DNA from: Lingula anatina
Taxonomy: Eukaryota > Animalia > Brachiopoda
Direction of reading: 5' to 3'
NCBI GenBank assembly: GCA_051362555.1
Contig: CM120642.1
Span: 29,822,001 to 29,886,000 of the forward strand
Length of the DNA: 64,000 nucleotides
The notes beneath the pieces are model-generated. The model worked only from the letters and a program-made list of their open reading frames with translations. It did not search any database and was not told where the DNA came from. A program made the position numbers and the translations under genes. Positions 22,733-36,701 of the stretch are shown piece by piece; positions within the stretch are counted from its first letter, which is position 1; every line of letters begins with the position of its first letter.

Positions 22733-25700
22733 TGGGGCACAAGAATAACACGACTTTTTTATTGACATTTAAACAGAGGGACACACGCTGTTAAATGCTA
22801 TATATTGAAACTATATCCAAGATAGACATCTTAACAGATTATCTCATCAATTGCATACATTTCAGGGGAGGGAAATATATAACTTTTCTCTTTCAGTCTT
22901 TTTCACGATCAGTTCGGACCAAACTGGACTCATTCGAGGATAACTATTCACTTCTTTTCATGAATATGATACCCTTCTCTTGTATACTGTAAGCTCTGAA
23001 ACACAGCTATACTCTTCGGGGATGTGTTGACGATGGCCACTAAAACTAAAATGTGGTTTTCTTCTGCTTAGTGTATTAAAAAACCCACCGGTCTACTACA
23101 TATACGACGCCATTAGTGTCCGGGAAGCTTACACATACAAAGCGTACACTATAATAGTTTCAAGGGGACGTGCTGCATAGTAAAACCCCTGTAAGAATGA
23201 CTGCAATGGAGCGTAGTTAACGTTCGTCTTATTGCCCTCTCGCCATTTATAGTCCCACGAGATCATTGGCTTTAACATGTTCATCCAGTTGATTAATCTT
23301 TTCATAACTTAGAGTGGCCAACTGAACTGTCCCTCAGGAAATGCTGAACCTGGACTCAAACTTAAGTGTTCTCCGTGTGCGTGTGTGCACATGATTATAA
23401 TCCAAGAACATTAAAGCATTTGTAGTTTGGAATTGGCTGGTTTTCAATGTCAAGGTATGACATGTGTATAAAATTTCTTACAAATACACGTATTTTATGC
23501 TTGTATATGTTGAAGACCATTGGCGGCATTGAACAGAAATTGCTTTAGATATTGCTTGTTCTTCCATCAGGTGTATGGTTCGTGGTCACGAAACTGAAGC
23601 CACGATATCAATAATTGAATGACAATTAAAAGTGAGCTGTGTTCTTTGGGCTGTTGCAAAGGCATAATTCATATCATAACAAAAAATCGGTTTGACCAGA
23701 GTTCCTTAATTTGCAAACGCGCCCCCCCTTTTTTTTATAGATACTGGATTACATGCAGACGGCCGCCTCTTTCTAAAACCAAGGAAAGACCGTTTCTTTC
23801 CTTAATGGGGGGAGAGAGACACTATACAGATACAAAACGTTCTCACACCTGATCATCCCTTCTGTCCTCTAATAGATACTTTGACAGCACTTACTCTTAA
23901 GTGACCATTAGCAATGATGAAAAGTTGCTCTGTGTCTTCAGACATCGCTGTCCACTCCCTAGAGTGAAACGAACCTGCTCCGACCACTAACGTACAAGTA
24001 TGTTCATCTAAACCAACTTCTTTTTGCCATCAGACCACCTGAGAGGCAAAATATGCACGGAGATGTGGGACTTCATAGCAACGATAACAGAAGGGCGTGG
24101 GGTGCTGGTGGGGGGGGGGGGGGGGGGGGGGGTTCAAGAGATTCGCCCTCTTGGTTGGACATGTCCATCCGGAATCAAAATCTGATCTAGGTTATACAGA
24201 GGGACACGTTTATTCTTATGAAGGGGTGGCACATGCACGCCTTTTTTTTTGGTTGGTTTTATTCATATCCTTTATTAAACACCATTAAGTTATATAGGTA
24301 TAATATAATTATATATTAGGAATACATCTGTGACTGTATGCATGCTGAGTTTAAAAACCATCACTGTTGCATGCAAATGGACAGATTTACACACATTACT
24401 TAATTATATCCAGCCGGTAAATGACAACTTGGTCGGTTGACATTTAAAACGGAATAATTTTAGGTGCCACCTAATCCAGAACTTGTGTTATGAACAGGTC
24501 CAACTAATTGTCTCGATTAATATGTTGGCCTTATACCTTTCAAAAAGTCACTCGAGCCTTAATTTTTCCGGTAAGAGAAATCACTTTCGAAGGTGCAAAT
24601 AGTCAGTCAGTCTGTTTCGTTAAATATTTAATTCTAAAACAGATTTTGTTAACATGCGATGAGTATATACACCCTCCCAGGCAAAGTAAAAGCCCTGCAG
24701 TGAAACCTATAACTTGTTTGAAGAAGGAAACCGCCGATTCCACACCGCTTTTCGGTGGGGTCAAGTTACCGCTACAGCTGCAAACATGACCCCATCTTAT
24801 GTTGTTTGGTCAAATATAATCTGCTGGATTTTTTTTTTTTTTTTTTTTTTGGGGGGGGGGGGGTACATTTGCATCGATGTGGGGCTCGTCTCAATGGTTC
24901 AATTTTCTTTTTCTTTCAAAATTAGAACCGAAAAATTCTCTTTACCAAATTAAAATTTGGACAGGTTATAGTGTGCTACAAAAGTCGAAGCCAAAGTGAA
25001 ATGAAGAGAATCCCATTCTAACCTTGGATTTGACCTTTCACTAATTTTTCAAGGTCAGACAGAATTTTTCATTTGCAGTGTATTAATTCTTGTATTGACG
25101 GTTTTTCGAAAACTTCAAGCACTGTTTAGTTGAATTTTGTATAATGGTAAATACTTACGTGAATGATGATTTACAGTATTTGGTGAATGTACACATTGAT
25201 GGGCGTCAGTGTTATAACATGTAAAAATGAAACAGTGTTAACGCTGTTGGATTTTTGCATTAAAAAAGAATGAGGATTACTTGCATGGAGCAAGTACATG
25301 TAATTCTCTATAATAAAAATAAAATAAATTTGTAAAAGTGTGTTGAAATATCTAACCCCAAGCAGTTGCAGTATATACCAAAATTGAGGATTTAATTATC
25401 AATTATGAAAAGTTGCTGCACTAACGTGGTCGACTTATTAGAACACTAAAAGCCATTGTGCAGCTCGAACTCCCATAGGTGCTCCTAATATATCAGCATT
25501 TTTGTAACTTGCACTTAATCCAATATTTGCGACATCGTGGAATCTCTCCAAGGACACTGGCGTTACTTAACGACACAATTGGCCACGTTTCTGTGCATTT
25601 TTCTATTTTTTTGTTAGAGCCGTGGCGCATTTATGCATAGTTGTTGTATTATCCCAAAGGCCAGTTAACGACAGATTAACTTTGTTTTCTGATGCCATGA

Positions 25701-28554
25701 ATAAAATAGGTTTGTCAAGTTTACTGATCAACAACGTTTAAGTATAATGGTACTTTGTACCCTGGACAACAAACAAATACATTTGGATATACGCTACCAT
25801 GCTTATAAACCTATGGAATCTGATCAGGCTTGCGTTTTTATTCTGAAGATAGGTAAAAGCAGTGATTCGCCTTCCCAGCGTACATGCACCTCATATCGAC
25901 AGCAGGAGCGTGTCATGATAATGGATGTCCCTTGGAATTTCTTATGGGATTCAGTTCATTAGAACGCCTTGCATGCATGCATGTTTTGAAATTACCTGCA
26001 TGTTTTACACCGTGCTATAAGCGAGCGATCATGAAGGATGAAATAGACGCAGGTGTATCGGCCGTCTCAATTTTAGGCGATTTTATTTGTCATAAATAAG
26101 CTTAATGGGCTGGCGTATTTCACTTTTAGAGTATTAATCATGTTTTTTTTTTCTTGTTTATCTTGGAATAAGAAAAATGCATCCAACTTACATAAAACAC
26201 CGAGCAAGCTCCGACTGGGAAATATTACACACACTTGATTGCCGTATGGTTTAATGAAGTAGGTTACTCCCCTATAATTCGTTCTCTTTCTCAGACCTAA
26301 TTGCATACCTAAAGGCGTCCCAATGTGAACATTGGCACTACTATAAGTATATGAAGTATGGCAGATAATTAACTGTCATCTACCGGAACTATGATGATCA
26401 CCTTTGTAGAAACCTTTCTAACTGGCAATCTGCTAAGACCAGACCCAGTACAATATATCTTGAAGTTCCTACCAATGTGCCACGGTTACAACTGAGAGTG
26501 TAATGAACAAGGCCCGCGGGGAGTATATTGCACTTACAGATACAGATAGCCGCACCCTTAACACGCTTACCTTGCTTGTGTCTATATTATTACTTTTCTT
26601 AATCACCATTTCCCTGAAAGGAATCTATTTTCGGTCAACTTTGCTGCAAACTACTTCAAGGGCCGCTTCACTCTTCGGGAAGTTGGTCGCCTTTTTTAGA
26701 AGATAAAATCGCAAAGGCACTTGCTCCAAAATAATACCAAAATTATACCTATTATTTTCCTGCGCGATCATGCACCCGTCATTTGTAAGAACTCTCCTCT
26801 TTAAACTACCCAATGCAGTATAATGACAGTGCCGTTCCTGGTAACCAGTTACACATGTACACATCTTACCTTATCAGGATCAGTGCTACAGCTACAGCAC
26901 TCTCATGGACACATGCACAAATCCTAATGAACTACGGATTAAGGATTCTTTGTTAAACGGGGGCCTGTAGTCTGGACAAAATGACTCGATAAATAATATT
27001 GGACGCGATACAATCCTTGTCGAACAATTGAATATGACCAAAGGTGGCCGGCGTCGCTGCAGTATGGAATGACGTATGTATATATATTAAACCCATAAAA
27101 GTTTTAAAATTGGTCTTAATTTTAGTTATTTGGTTATTCTGTTTTGGACTTGCAAATCATTTCTGTAAAATCTACTACGTTTTTAATCCAATTTTGCAAC
27201 GCATGTTACAATACCAATCTAAGTAAGGTATTTGTGCTACATTGTGCATACAATATTTATCTGATTTATATTTATCTATTGATTGTAGTGTCTTTTTTTA
27301 ATTCCTGATTGAACGATCGAATCAATAACTTGGCGTTTTAAGTTGCTGTTCCGCTCACAGAACTTATAAACGAAATAGTCGTTTGTAGTCTCGAGCCTCG
27401 GGTTTGTGATCGCGAACACCGAATTAACGAGACACAATTAACGAGTCGCAATTTCATGGCAATAATTTTATGGTGCAAGTCATCGCCTTATTTCAGTATA
27501 CTAGAATGACTACCTCCCCCGTATGAAAATTCTCAATGTAAGACTAATTGCCAGAAAATGAATGACAACAAGCGCCAGTTTTACTCGTGGTTCTCGAAAG
27601 ATGTCAATGTTTTTAAGATGACAAAACCATCCTTTTGACGCTGCTTCACTTAATTTCCAGTATCAAAGGGTCAACTTAACGGAATAAACGTGTAACATTT
27701 CCACCATAGCACATTTCAAGCATGATAATGGCTCTTTTAACTCTTCCATATTCAATCCGATCATTACCAGCCACCACGGGTTAACATGATGTGATTACGT
27801 TCATCGCCAGCAAACGCTGAGACGTACTTATCGCCCTTAATTAAGTTTGCGACCATGAGACCAGCGGAATAGACCGTTGGAGGGCAGTAAGGGTTGTGGA
27901 ATCTGGCCTCGGGGACTTCCGCTTTCTGAATTGCTGTTGTTAATGTTTTGGTTGTGTTACATATTGAATATATGGTCGACAATAATGCGGCAAACGAATA
28001 TCCTTGTACCGTACATGTACATATAGAAAGACAAAGAACGTTTTCTTGAGTTCAATAATCGTTGTACTTAATCAGTGTTCACTCTGGTTTTATCGGCTTA
28101 GATTTTTGCATCGAAGTTCTGATGACCTTGATACCTGCCATAATTGCTGAAAAATTGCCAAAGTCACTTCTGTTGTACTTACTATTGACTAAGTAATCTG
28201 AGAACCGCAAGGGACGAACCATCCTGGAATAAGGCAGCCCATTGGTGTCTGCAATACTTTGGAGGGGCGAAACCGATATATCGACTCTCTAAATACTGCA
28301 ATAAAGAGGAAGAGGAATGCTTTGATTGATGTCTGATTTCATTGTGGACAAATATTTGATTTGTTTATCAAAGATGCAAGTAGATTATACATTGAATCAA
28401 ATGCGACTGTTGCACTCTCTCAACACTTATCCCAAAACCATGCGGCAGTCATTTCATTCAAGTGACTATGTCTGCATCGAGCAGCTGTATAGTGAACAAA
28501 GGCAAATTATATATCTATACCCTGATAAATCATTGGCAAAATTATCCATTTCAG

Positions 28555-28690
28555 TTCTGATGTCGCCAGTAACACCAGAAGATTGCACCAATCAGGCCGC
28601 TGCTCCGTGTCTGAGACCTTTTGCAGACTACTTAAAGATAATCAAACAGCTTATTCCAAAAATTACTCGCCAGGATCGGAATATGTGCAT
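28555..28690 (+). CDS. Secreted 12-Cys protein A, exon 2
   Basis: Acceptor tccatttcag, donor AT|gtgagt. Encodes VLMSPVTPEDCTNQAAAPCLRPFADYLK...RNMC and aligns with the paralog's DECTPENVARCLTPF...AVC. Confidence 0.82.
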
Positions 28691-29722
28691 GTGAGTATGC
28701 AAGCACTTTAAAAGACGTATTCTTTCTTTGAACATAAGGTTAAATTAAGATAACTGGATTATATTGGTAATGGTAATAAATACCATCTTCTAGTTCTAAA
28801 TGGGACCTTGTCACATTTGCCAACTCCTTACACCATTATTTGAATAATATTCAACAGTTGCAACGTATCCAAAAAATAACTCTTTTGCAAGTAATTTAAA
28901 GAGTTAATCTGTGTTACCCCGTTAAATTACTTGTGGTTTATTTTAGACTTTGCATAAAGACAAATACAAATACTGTAACAATAACGGATTGAGAATATTC
29001 AGGAAGAGATGTCCTTTCCTCAACCACACACCCTGCTGAAAAATATATACTTTAATAGCGTGTTTCATTTCATTGAAATGCACTGAAATGTATACGGCAC
29101 TTGATGCTGTGCAACCAAGTCTTTTTTTCCTCGCACTGGAAGAGGGGTGGGGACGCGTAACACATGCTCCAATCTCCACCAGATGCCGACAGACTGATTA
29201 CGTTATTTCTGTGAACGAATTCCCACAGTACAAAAAATGCATGTAATTAGCCAGAGATATATCTGTGAATCTCCAGTGAATAATAATTTTGACCTTTTAC
29301 ATAATCAGGGCAAGTTTTATACTTGTTTGATAATAAAAGAATGATTTACATTGCAGCCAAAAGCTGCTGCCAATTTTCTGAACTGTGGAGAAATTTAACA
29401 TACTAAATATGTTTTAGCGTACTTTTTAAATTTCATTTTATTTACATAATTCTAATTTTTAGTAAATCTCATTATCTCATAGTTCCATACAAAACTGCTC
29501 TTTTTTAATGATTTATTATGCAAAAATTCTTTCATGCATATGGCTGACACTTTAATAAAATATCTTGAATCTTGAAAAGTGATAAAAATCATCCCTGGTA
29601 GAGGGTACCTCCCCCCCCCCCCTCTCCCTCCCCCCCCCCCCCACCCCCCCGCCTTGATCCGCCAGTGTTATGGCCCCCACGTGGCAAAGCATATCACAAT
29701 GCATTCCTCGTTGTTATTATAG

Positions 29723-29865
29723 TAATTACCAAACTGCACGCCAGTGCCTCGAGACCGTTAAGAAACACTGCAAAAGCGACGTACCACAACAGCGCAGAAC
29801 GAAGGCTTCACTGGACTCATTTGAAGATCGCTTAGATTTTATCTGCAGTGAAAGCAGACAGAAAG
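29723..29865 (+). CDS. Secreted 12-Cys protein A, exon 3
   Basis: Acceptor ttgttattatag, donor G|gtagga. Encodes NYQTARQCLETVKKHCKSD...LDFICSESRQK. Phases 2 and 1. Confidence 0.82.
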
Positions 29866-29900
29866 GTAGGAGCATAGGGCATGTGCATATATTTGACATT

Positions 29901-29939
<39 letters not shown>

Positions 29940-30212
29940 GGACCGCGGTAGAGCGGTAGAGATGGTCAACTATAAACACATAAATGTAAAACGGCTGGAA
30001 AAAACGCACCAAACTTTTTTTTAAATATCAAAGTGAAAAGTTCTTGAGAAATTCAAATTGGCATTTTTCTAACGTGCTAATTATGTGCAAGCACCTGATA
30101 TAAAAGTCTGTAATTCAGTATATACAATCCAATTATTTTTCTTTATTTCGAGAAAATGATGGTATTTCCAATGGTAACTGCTGCACGAGTAAATGTCTCC
30201 ATTTGTCTCTAG

Positions 30213-30354
30213 CCCTCCAGCGCCTCGAACCTTGTTTCAGTGATCCAGCAAGAGTATCGGCGGCCGACGAATGTGAATTTAAGTACAATGCAACAAATCA
30301 TGTCATAGTAGACACCGTTGTGTCACGTCAGAGGACACTGAGAGCCATCTGTTA
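30213..30354 (+). CDS. Secreted 12-Cys protein A, exon 4 (absent from the ORF track)
   Basis: Acceptor tttgtctctag, donor TA|gtgagt. Encodes ALQRLEPCFSDPARVSAADECEFKYNATNHVIVDTVVSRQRTLRAIC. Phases 1 and 2. Confidence 0.8.
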
Positions 30355-30361
30355 GTGAGTA

Positions 30362-30598
30362 TTAGACCCCATTCCCATACCTAGATCGATCTAGCAGGAT
30401 CGACCCATCTCCGAGGGGTTTCTCGCTAAATTGCACCCATCTTAAGCGGCTCTGATATCTGGCATGTCTACTGAAGCTGTTAGGGGTAATTAATAACTAC
30501 CGTTTAGCAGCTTCAGTAGGCGTGCCAGATATCAGAGCCAGATGTCAGAGATGGGTCAATCTTGCTAGATCGATCTAGGTATGGAAACGGGGGCTTAG
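30362..30598. mobile_element. Palindromic MITE-like element, family B, immediately after an exon donor
   Basis: Arms ccatacctagatcgatctagcaggatcgacccatctc and gagatgggtcaatcttgctagatcgatctaggtatgg, plus an inner inverted pair. A related copy lies at 56714-56976. Confidence 0.8.
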
Positions 30599-31063
30599 AT
30601 ATATGTATTTTCATTCATAACATATGAAATAAAGACCATGTGTATCAGCTAGACTTGTGCTCACGTAGAATATGAATACAGTGTAGCCTCTGCTTGTTTA
30701 AAAAACTGTTCATGGGTGGAAGAGATTGTGAAATGAATATTCCACCCATTTTACCCAATTTATATATTTAAAATAAATAATTATATATATAATTGAAATG
30801 AAAACAAACAGAAAATGAGAAAAAATACGATAGAGGAGGATCTTGTTAAAATAGCTACGAGATAAAGAACTGCAGTATATTGTTGACTATTTTTGTACCT
30901 ACAGTGTATATATCTCTTAGAGGTTACAACATAGTGAATATAGTGCTTTTACTTTGTCTTGTCGCCATTTCGCCTACTCTACAGACTGTAATATTCAAAA
31001 TGCGTTTTTCGACAACAGTTTATATGATGCCGTTATGATTTAAATCACCTCTTTATATTTCAG

Positions 31064-31355
31064 CAACACACAAAATCTGTCCTCGTGCATCACGAACGTG
31101 TACAAACCATGCGGAGACGCTGCCACGGACTTAATCACAGCCTTACTTAGACAGAACTTTAAAAGGCTCTTAAGTGGCTCCACATGTGAAATAAAGAGTA
31201 AACGACAACAAACATTAACGACAGAGCGGTCCACAGAGTCCAAAGTACAAGTAGGGGACTCTTCCTCTTCAAGCGTGATATTATGTTCACAGCGGAACTC
31301 GTTTCTTGTGGTGGTTGCCTTGCTTGTTGGTTTAATTTTTTACGAATGTGTTTGA
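31064..31355 (+). CDS. Secreted 12-Cys protein A, last exon (Ser/Thr stalk and hydrophobic C-terminus; possible GPI or transmembrane anchor)
   Basis: Acceptor ctttatatttcag. Encodes YNTQNLSSCITNVYKPCGDAATDLI...STC...SSSSSVILCSQRNSFLVVVALLVGLIFYECV, then stop. Confidence 0.82.
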
Positions 31356-31439
31356 ATTGTTTAATATATGTATATCAGTTAACTTAATTGCATTCCTTTG
31401 TTGAATGTAGGATATCGTGGAGGGGAGATTGGTTGTCAT

Positions 31440-31442
<3 letters not shown>

Positions 31443-31487
<45 letters not shown>
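31443..31487. repeat. (CA)n microsatellite
   Basis: Directly visible. Confidence 0.9.
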
Positions 31488-31490
<3 letters not shown>

Positions 31491-32502
31491 AAAAAGAACG
31501 AGAAAGGGGGAGATGATGGCACAGATATTTTTATACATTACTAAATTAATTTGATATTTGAGTCTGTTGTGGATACACTGGCTCAGTGCAAACTACGAAC
31601 TCTGGTACCGGTGACATGTTGAAGAGAGTCCGGTTCCCACTAATTTGTACAGGTAAACCCCGTCCTAGATGTTGGCACACTGACGTCACGCTAATCCTCA
31701 CCTGTATGAATCTAACGGAAGGCGGTCTCTGTTTCACGGACACGTCAGTTTCTATACGTCAGTGTCTGAGTGTACATGCGTGATCATTGTGTGAACCTTT
31801 TGGTTATGTGAAACTGACGTGTTCCAAGATTTTCCAGGTCGGATCCTCACCAAAACACCTTCTTGAGTTTTTACTGAAGTTCCTTGTGAGTTCTTAATTA
31901 TCTCTCCTGACTTACGACAGTTGCTCTTGCCGCTCTTTATATATGGAGAATGCAGTCACTAGGTTGGCTTCTCTTGTAAGTGACTTATAAAAACCATCAT
32001 CTTAATAAATGAATTAAGTAAAGTTAAATAAAGATATCTAACCAGTACTACAGTTGCAGCGGCTTCCCACGAAGGTACAGCGCTTTTACTAGTGGACGTG
32101 TGTAGATCTAATAACAACTCTTGACTCTTACTGAAATTGTGGACTTTCTAATCACAATTGAGTTATGGAATAAAGATGTCTCAAGATATTAATTACATCA
32201 CCCAATTAATGAGATCCAATTACATTACACAGAACTGGAGTTTTCTAAGTGCAATTCAGCTACACGATATTGGCCTCTACTATGACCCAATATATGGAGT
32301 TAATTACATTTCACAGGCTAATAACAATAAATACATAGGGCAATATGCATCTATAACAATCCAGTCAAATTTACAATTAAAATTCAAAAATATATCTAAA
32401 TATCAGAGAATGTTTTGGTTATTGAATTACTGATTATTAACAGTCATACAAAAGATCCAGTTCCACTTTTAAAATATAGGAATATCTTTATTACCATGTG
32501 CT

Positions 32503-32638
32503 CCACTTCCAGCACCTTGCCATACAGTGACTGTGTTTTGTGTACAACTAACGCATTTCCAATGTCACCGTGGATCTATTGGAAATGCGTTAGTTGTACA
32601 CAAAACACAATCACTGTATGGCATGGTGCTGGAAGTGG
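32503..32638. repeat. Near-perfect inverted repeat (61-bp arms, 14-nt loop)
   Basis: ccacttccagcaccttgccatacagtgactgtgttttgtgtacaactaacgcatttccaat and its reverse complement with 2 mismatches. Confidence 0.92.
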
Positions 32639-35600
32639 CATGCCTGTAGCAATGGAAAGTTACTTAGCTCATACATGTATTATCCTCATGGTGAAGTCAA
32701 TGGCAGGCAAAATTGCGACTGGTGGGTTCTGTCCCGCAATGTGTTTTGGCTGTGATGTGCAGAAGCACCAGAACACATCTTCAGTTGTTCAAAAAATGTT
32801 CATATTATCCTCCAGAAAATAATTAAAATGAAACTTATACTGAAATCTGGATATTGGTCTGGGTCAATCAATTAAATTACAAAATTGATTCAACAGCTAT
32901 TTTTATATTTGCATTTATATATACTTGGCAAGATAGGACATTTTTTTGAACTGCTATTATTATTATTATTATATCTATGATAGTGATGATGATGATGATA
33001 ATACATAGTTTTTCCAATCTCCAGTAAAAATATATCTTATTAAACAAAAATGGGACAAAACTTCGAATCAAAGTGTAGGGACGGACATTGCTTTCTTCCC
33101 TAGAAAAATTCATTTTAGCGGGTACATCTCATATAGAGTAACCGTACCTTTCATAGTGTAATGATTTAGTTTCAGGAACTTGTAGGATGCAAACCAGTGC
33201 CACCAGGAGTTTATTTCAATGCTCAAAGAGTATTAATGATTAATATAAAATGAATGTTAAATATATAATACATTGTACATTACGTACATGTAGGTGATAG
33301 TATATACGAACAAGTATATTTTGCACGACACGTTTCCAATGTAAATTTAATTATAAGTTTTTTTCTCTGTATCCAAATAGATACTCGTATATCATGATCA
33401 AGAACATTATTCTGGTTTGAACCATAATTTATTTGTGTGCACTGAACATATTTTGCATCAACATTTACCAACAGTATACGTGTATATACATACATTTTGT
33501 CATATATGGGTAACAACTTAATAATGAATTTATTATTTTTACTTATAACACCAGTAAGTAAATAAAATATATGGCTCTAAGGTCCATAACTTTCTTCACT
33601 AATTGCTGACAATATCAAGTTATCCCTGAAGTTTTAGCCACAACTGTTTAGACGGATGCTGCGTATTGTACGTAGATGTGAATACAACTTGCAAGAAGCG
33701 GGTAGTACCGTGAGAAGAATGCCCCTCCCACCTTCCTGGCCGTCGTTATATATGTACCATATACATATGTATATTTTTATGTATATATGTATATTTTTTT
33801 TATCCAACTCCATCTCTTTACAAAGTTTTCATTCCTTCTGATCCGAATGAATTGAAAGATCATACATATACATTTTGTGTCGGATTCTCGTGTTAGCAGT
33901 CCTGATTTTTATAGTTCGACACGTGATTTTTTAATTGTGCCCACTTCTGCCCTCTTTTCCTTTGTGCATAGTGTATAGGGTTTAACTCAAGCAGCACAGT
34001 TTACTTTAAATGCTAACCCATATCTCTATCTTGTATCTCGTCTTTTGTATGGAGTAACTGTCAGCATTTAGTGAAAAAAGTCAGGATCTTGAAATCATGA
34101 ATCTAAATTATTCACGTGTCGTTGTAACCAACAAAGCCTACATATCATTTTAAACAACAGTGACTGATAACAATGACTACGAGATTACTCCCTAGACAAA
34201 TACCGCACTTCAATAATTACTGCAAGATTAGGCTTATTGCGTCACTCAGCCTGAGTTGCGGGATGGGACGGGCCGTCAGTGACACCCCGCCATGGTACAG
34301 CATAGGAAACCAGACAGCGCAAGTACCTTGGGACAAATCTTATATTTGTTTATTGGTCTAGCAAAGTTGTTTAATAGTGTTGACATCATAACAGTGTAGA
34401 CAGCCAAATGTGGCACTGATTATCTTTTCGAATAAATTCTTTTTTGGATTTATTTTTTCTCTGTAGATTGGAAGGATTGTCAGTGGTGGTGAAAATACAT
34501 GCCTATATCTACTGGAAGGGCTTCCGGACCAAACGTATATTTGTTAAATAATAATAATAATAATAATGGAAGAACTGAATAAGTGAATTGATGAATTAAA
34601 TTGAAAGAAAAATAAATTAAAAACTTCAGAAGCCGTTTGTGAAAATTTGCCCTTATAGGCCTTTTGACATGATTACAAATGCTTTATTTCAGTCACATTT
34701 CACATGTAACATTATCTACTTGTACAATATAAATTTTGAATAAAATGTGTGATGAATATTACTACTGACGCGACAACATCATTTCATGTTTTTCTGTGAG
34801 CACACACATCGTTATGGAGGACGCTATATTCAGATTTAACATCTTCACACAATCTGTTCACGTACGGACACTGAAACCACAGATGGTCAACACCAAAGAT
34901 CTTGAACATTCCGGCAGAGAATTATGTGGTATTAAAACTACAAGGCTCTGTGTAAAGCTGAATTGAGTGGACTTAATATTCGGTTGACTGATACATGCAT
35001 GTACAATAGTTCATATACCTATCGAGGAATGCAATGATTTTATCTAACATTTATGACGTGATTTTATGTACATTGTGGCTGGCATACTGGATGCCAAATA
35101 AATCAGCAAAACCTTTCGTGCTTAAGTCTTATACTGTACCTAATGTTTCACTGATTTTCAAGAGTTTCCTTTGTAGGGTCAAAAGACTTCTCCCCCACCC
35201 CACCTGCTTCTATTCCCTTCATTACTGGCCTTTTCATACACCTGCTCACTGAAGACCTACATTTATTACTAAATTAAACCTAAGTTTTTCATTCACAGTA
35301 CAAGCCCTTCTACAAATATACTCATTTTAAAGGGCTGTTTGAAATCAAATTGCTTTGGATGATGGACCGATTCGTAATCTGGTAAAACGTCCAATAACAG
35401 AACTAAAACAGACCCCCCTCCCTTCAAAAGGATCTTACAGGGCTACTCAAAAGGAACAAGTTTTAGGGCTCTCTTTGTCATTCCATATGTTCCTGCAAAA
35501 GTTGCAAAAATTAATACCCTCCACGCACAGGTATTCTAACATTCGGGTTACTTTAGATCCGAAATAGGTAAGTCGACGTCACCTGGCAACTACTGTAAAA

Positions 35601-35733
35601 TATCACTGTTAACAGCGCGAAAACCGCTTATTTTCAGAAATCGTTATTTTCAAAAACCTCACAGAAATGGCAAAGGGCGGCTTTGCATCAGGATCAATCA
35701 AGATGTTTTAATCTAGGTATTTTTTACAGGGAG

Positions 35734-36022
35734 CTAAGACGACGTCAATATTTGATAAAAGAAACACATGCTGAGTGCAACCATTCTATCAAATCTATAA
35801 GATTGTAACGATTCTATGCCAGATTTATACTCCAGTTGTTTCCCGACATTGGGTGCTGTGCTACTTTTCTTGTGATTCTTTCTTTTAATATGACACGGGA
35901 TTCCTTGGCCTTCAAATATTTCTTTTAAACTCTGGTTGTTAATTACGTTTAATAAATCTACCGCCTCTTCACCGCATATGCTGTGTGCATTCGCCGTACA
36001 CGTTAACATATCCTTCATCATT
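35734..36022 (-). CDS. Secreted 12-Cys protein B, last exon
   Basis: Acceptor ttctccacttttcag, phase 2. Encodes KMMKDMLTCTANAHSICGEEAVDLL...IPC...RMVALSMCFFYQILTSS, then stop. Aligns with the last exon of protein A (CGDAATDLI). Confidence 0.82.
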
Positions 36023-36553
36023 CTGAAAAGTGGAGAAAAAAATCGAATTATTGTAGTGAATTGAAGTTGAAATCAAAATGTCAGAGTTTTAAACTTTTAA
36101 GTTTTGAATAACATGAAACTACAAAAGTCGTGGAGCCGCAAAAGGTGACTTTATGAGTATCAATACCATGTTGGGGGTATGGACGGATCTTGACAGAAGT
36201 AGAAATACAAATCTATTACAAAATAATTGTATGGCATACTTAAATTTTGTATACTATATTTTAGAAAAGTTCCTGATATGAGATGGTATATATTCTGAGG
36301 GATGGACAGTGTTCTAGAGATAACTGTAGAAACTTTACCCTATCAAAACTCGACAAAACTAGAAAGACATTTCTTACTCAGTGAAAGCTTGAGATAAACG
36401 CCTGTTGTTACAGGAACAAATACTTTAGTGAATGATGGGAATAGAACAGTAGTATAATTTAACAAATGCTTAACTTTTATTCCACCGGAGACAAATCTAG
36501 AACTATCAGCGAGAGAAAGAAAGAGAGAGAAAGATAGAGATACATGTACGTAC

Positions 36554-36701
36554 TTGCAAAGATTCCGTAGTCGTGTTTTACCAGACTGATATACGGCCCT
36601 GCCAGCGTACTCCCGCCTTCTCTCTTGAAACGTATTTTCACACCTCTCTATTGAGGGTTTGATCTCTTCGCTGTTTAAACACTCGTGGTTCCTGTTGTAG
36701 G
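36554..36701 (-). CDS. Secreted 12-Cys protein B, exon 3 (absent from the ORF track)
   Basis: Acceptor ttctcctttcag, donor AA|gtacgt. Encodes TYNRNHECLNSEEIKPSIERCENTFQERRREYAGRAVYQSGKTRLRNLC. Phases 1 and 2. Confidence 0.8.

Noticed and set aside
32415-32822. 135-aa Cys-containing ORF as a third paralog
   Set aside because: It spans the inverted repeat and lacks the family's Cys spacing and splice signals.
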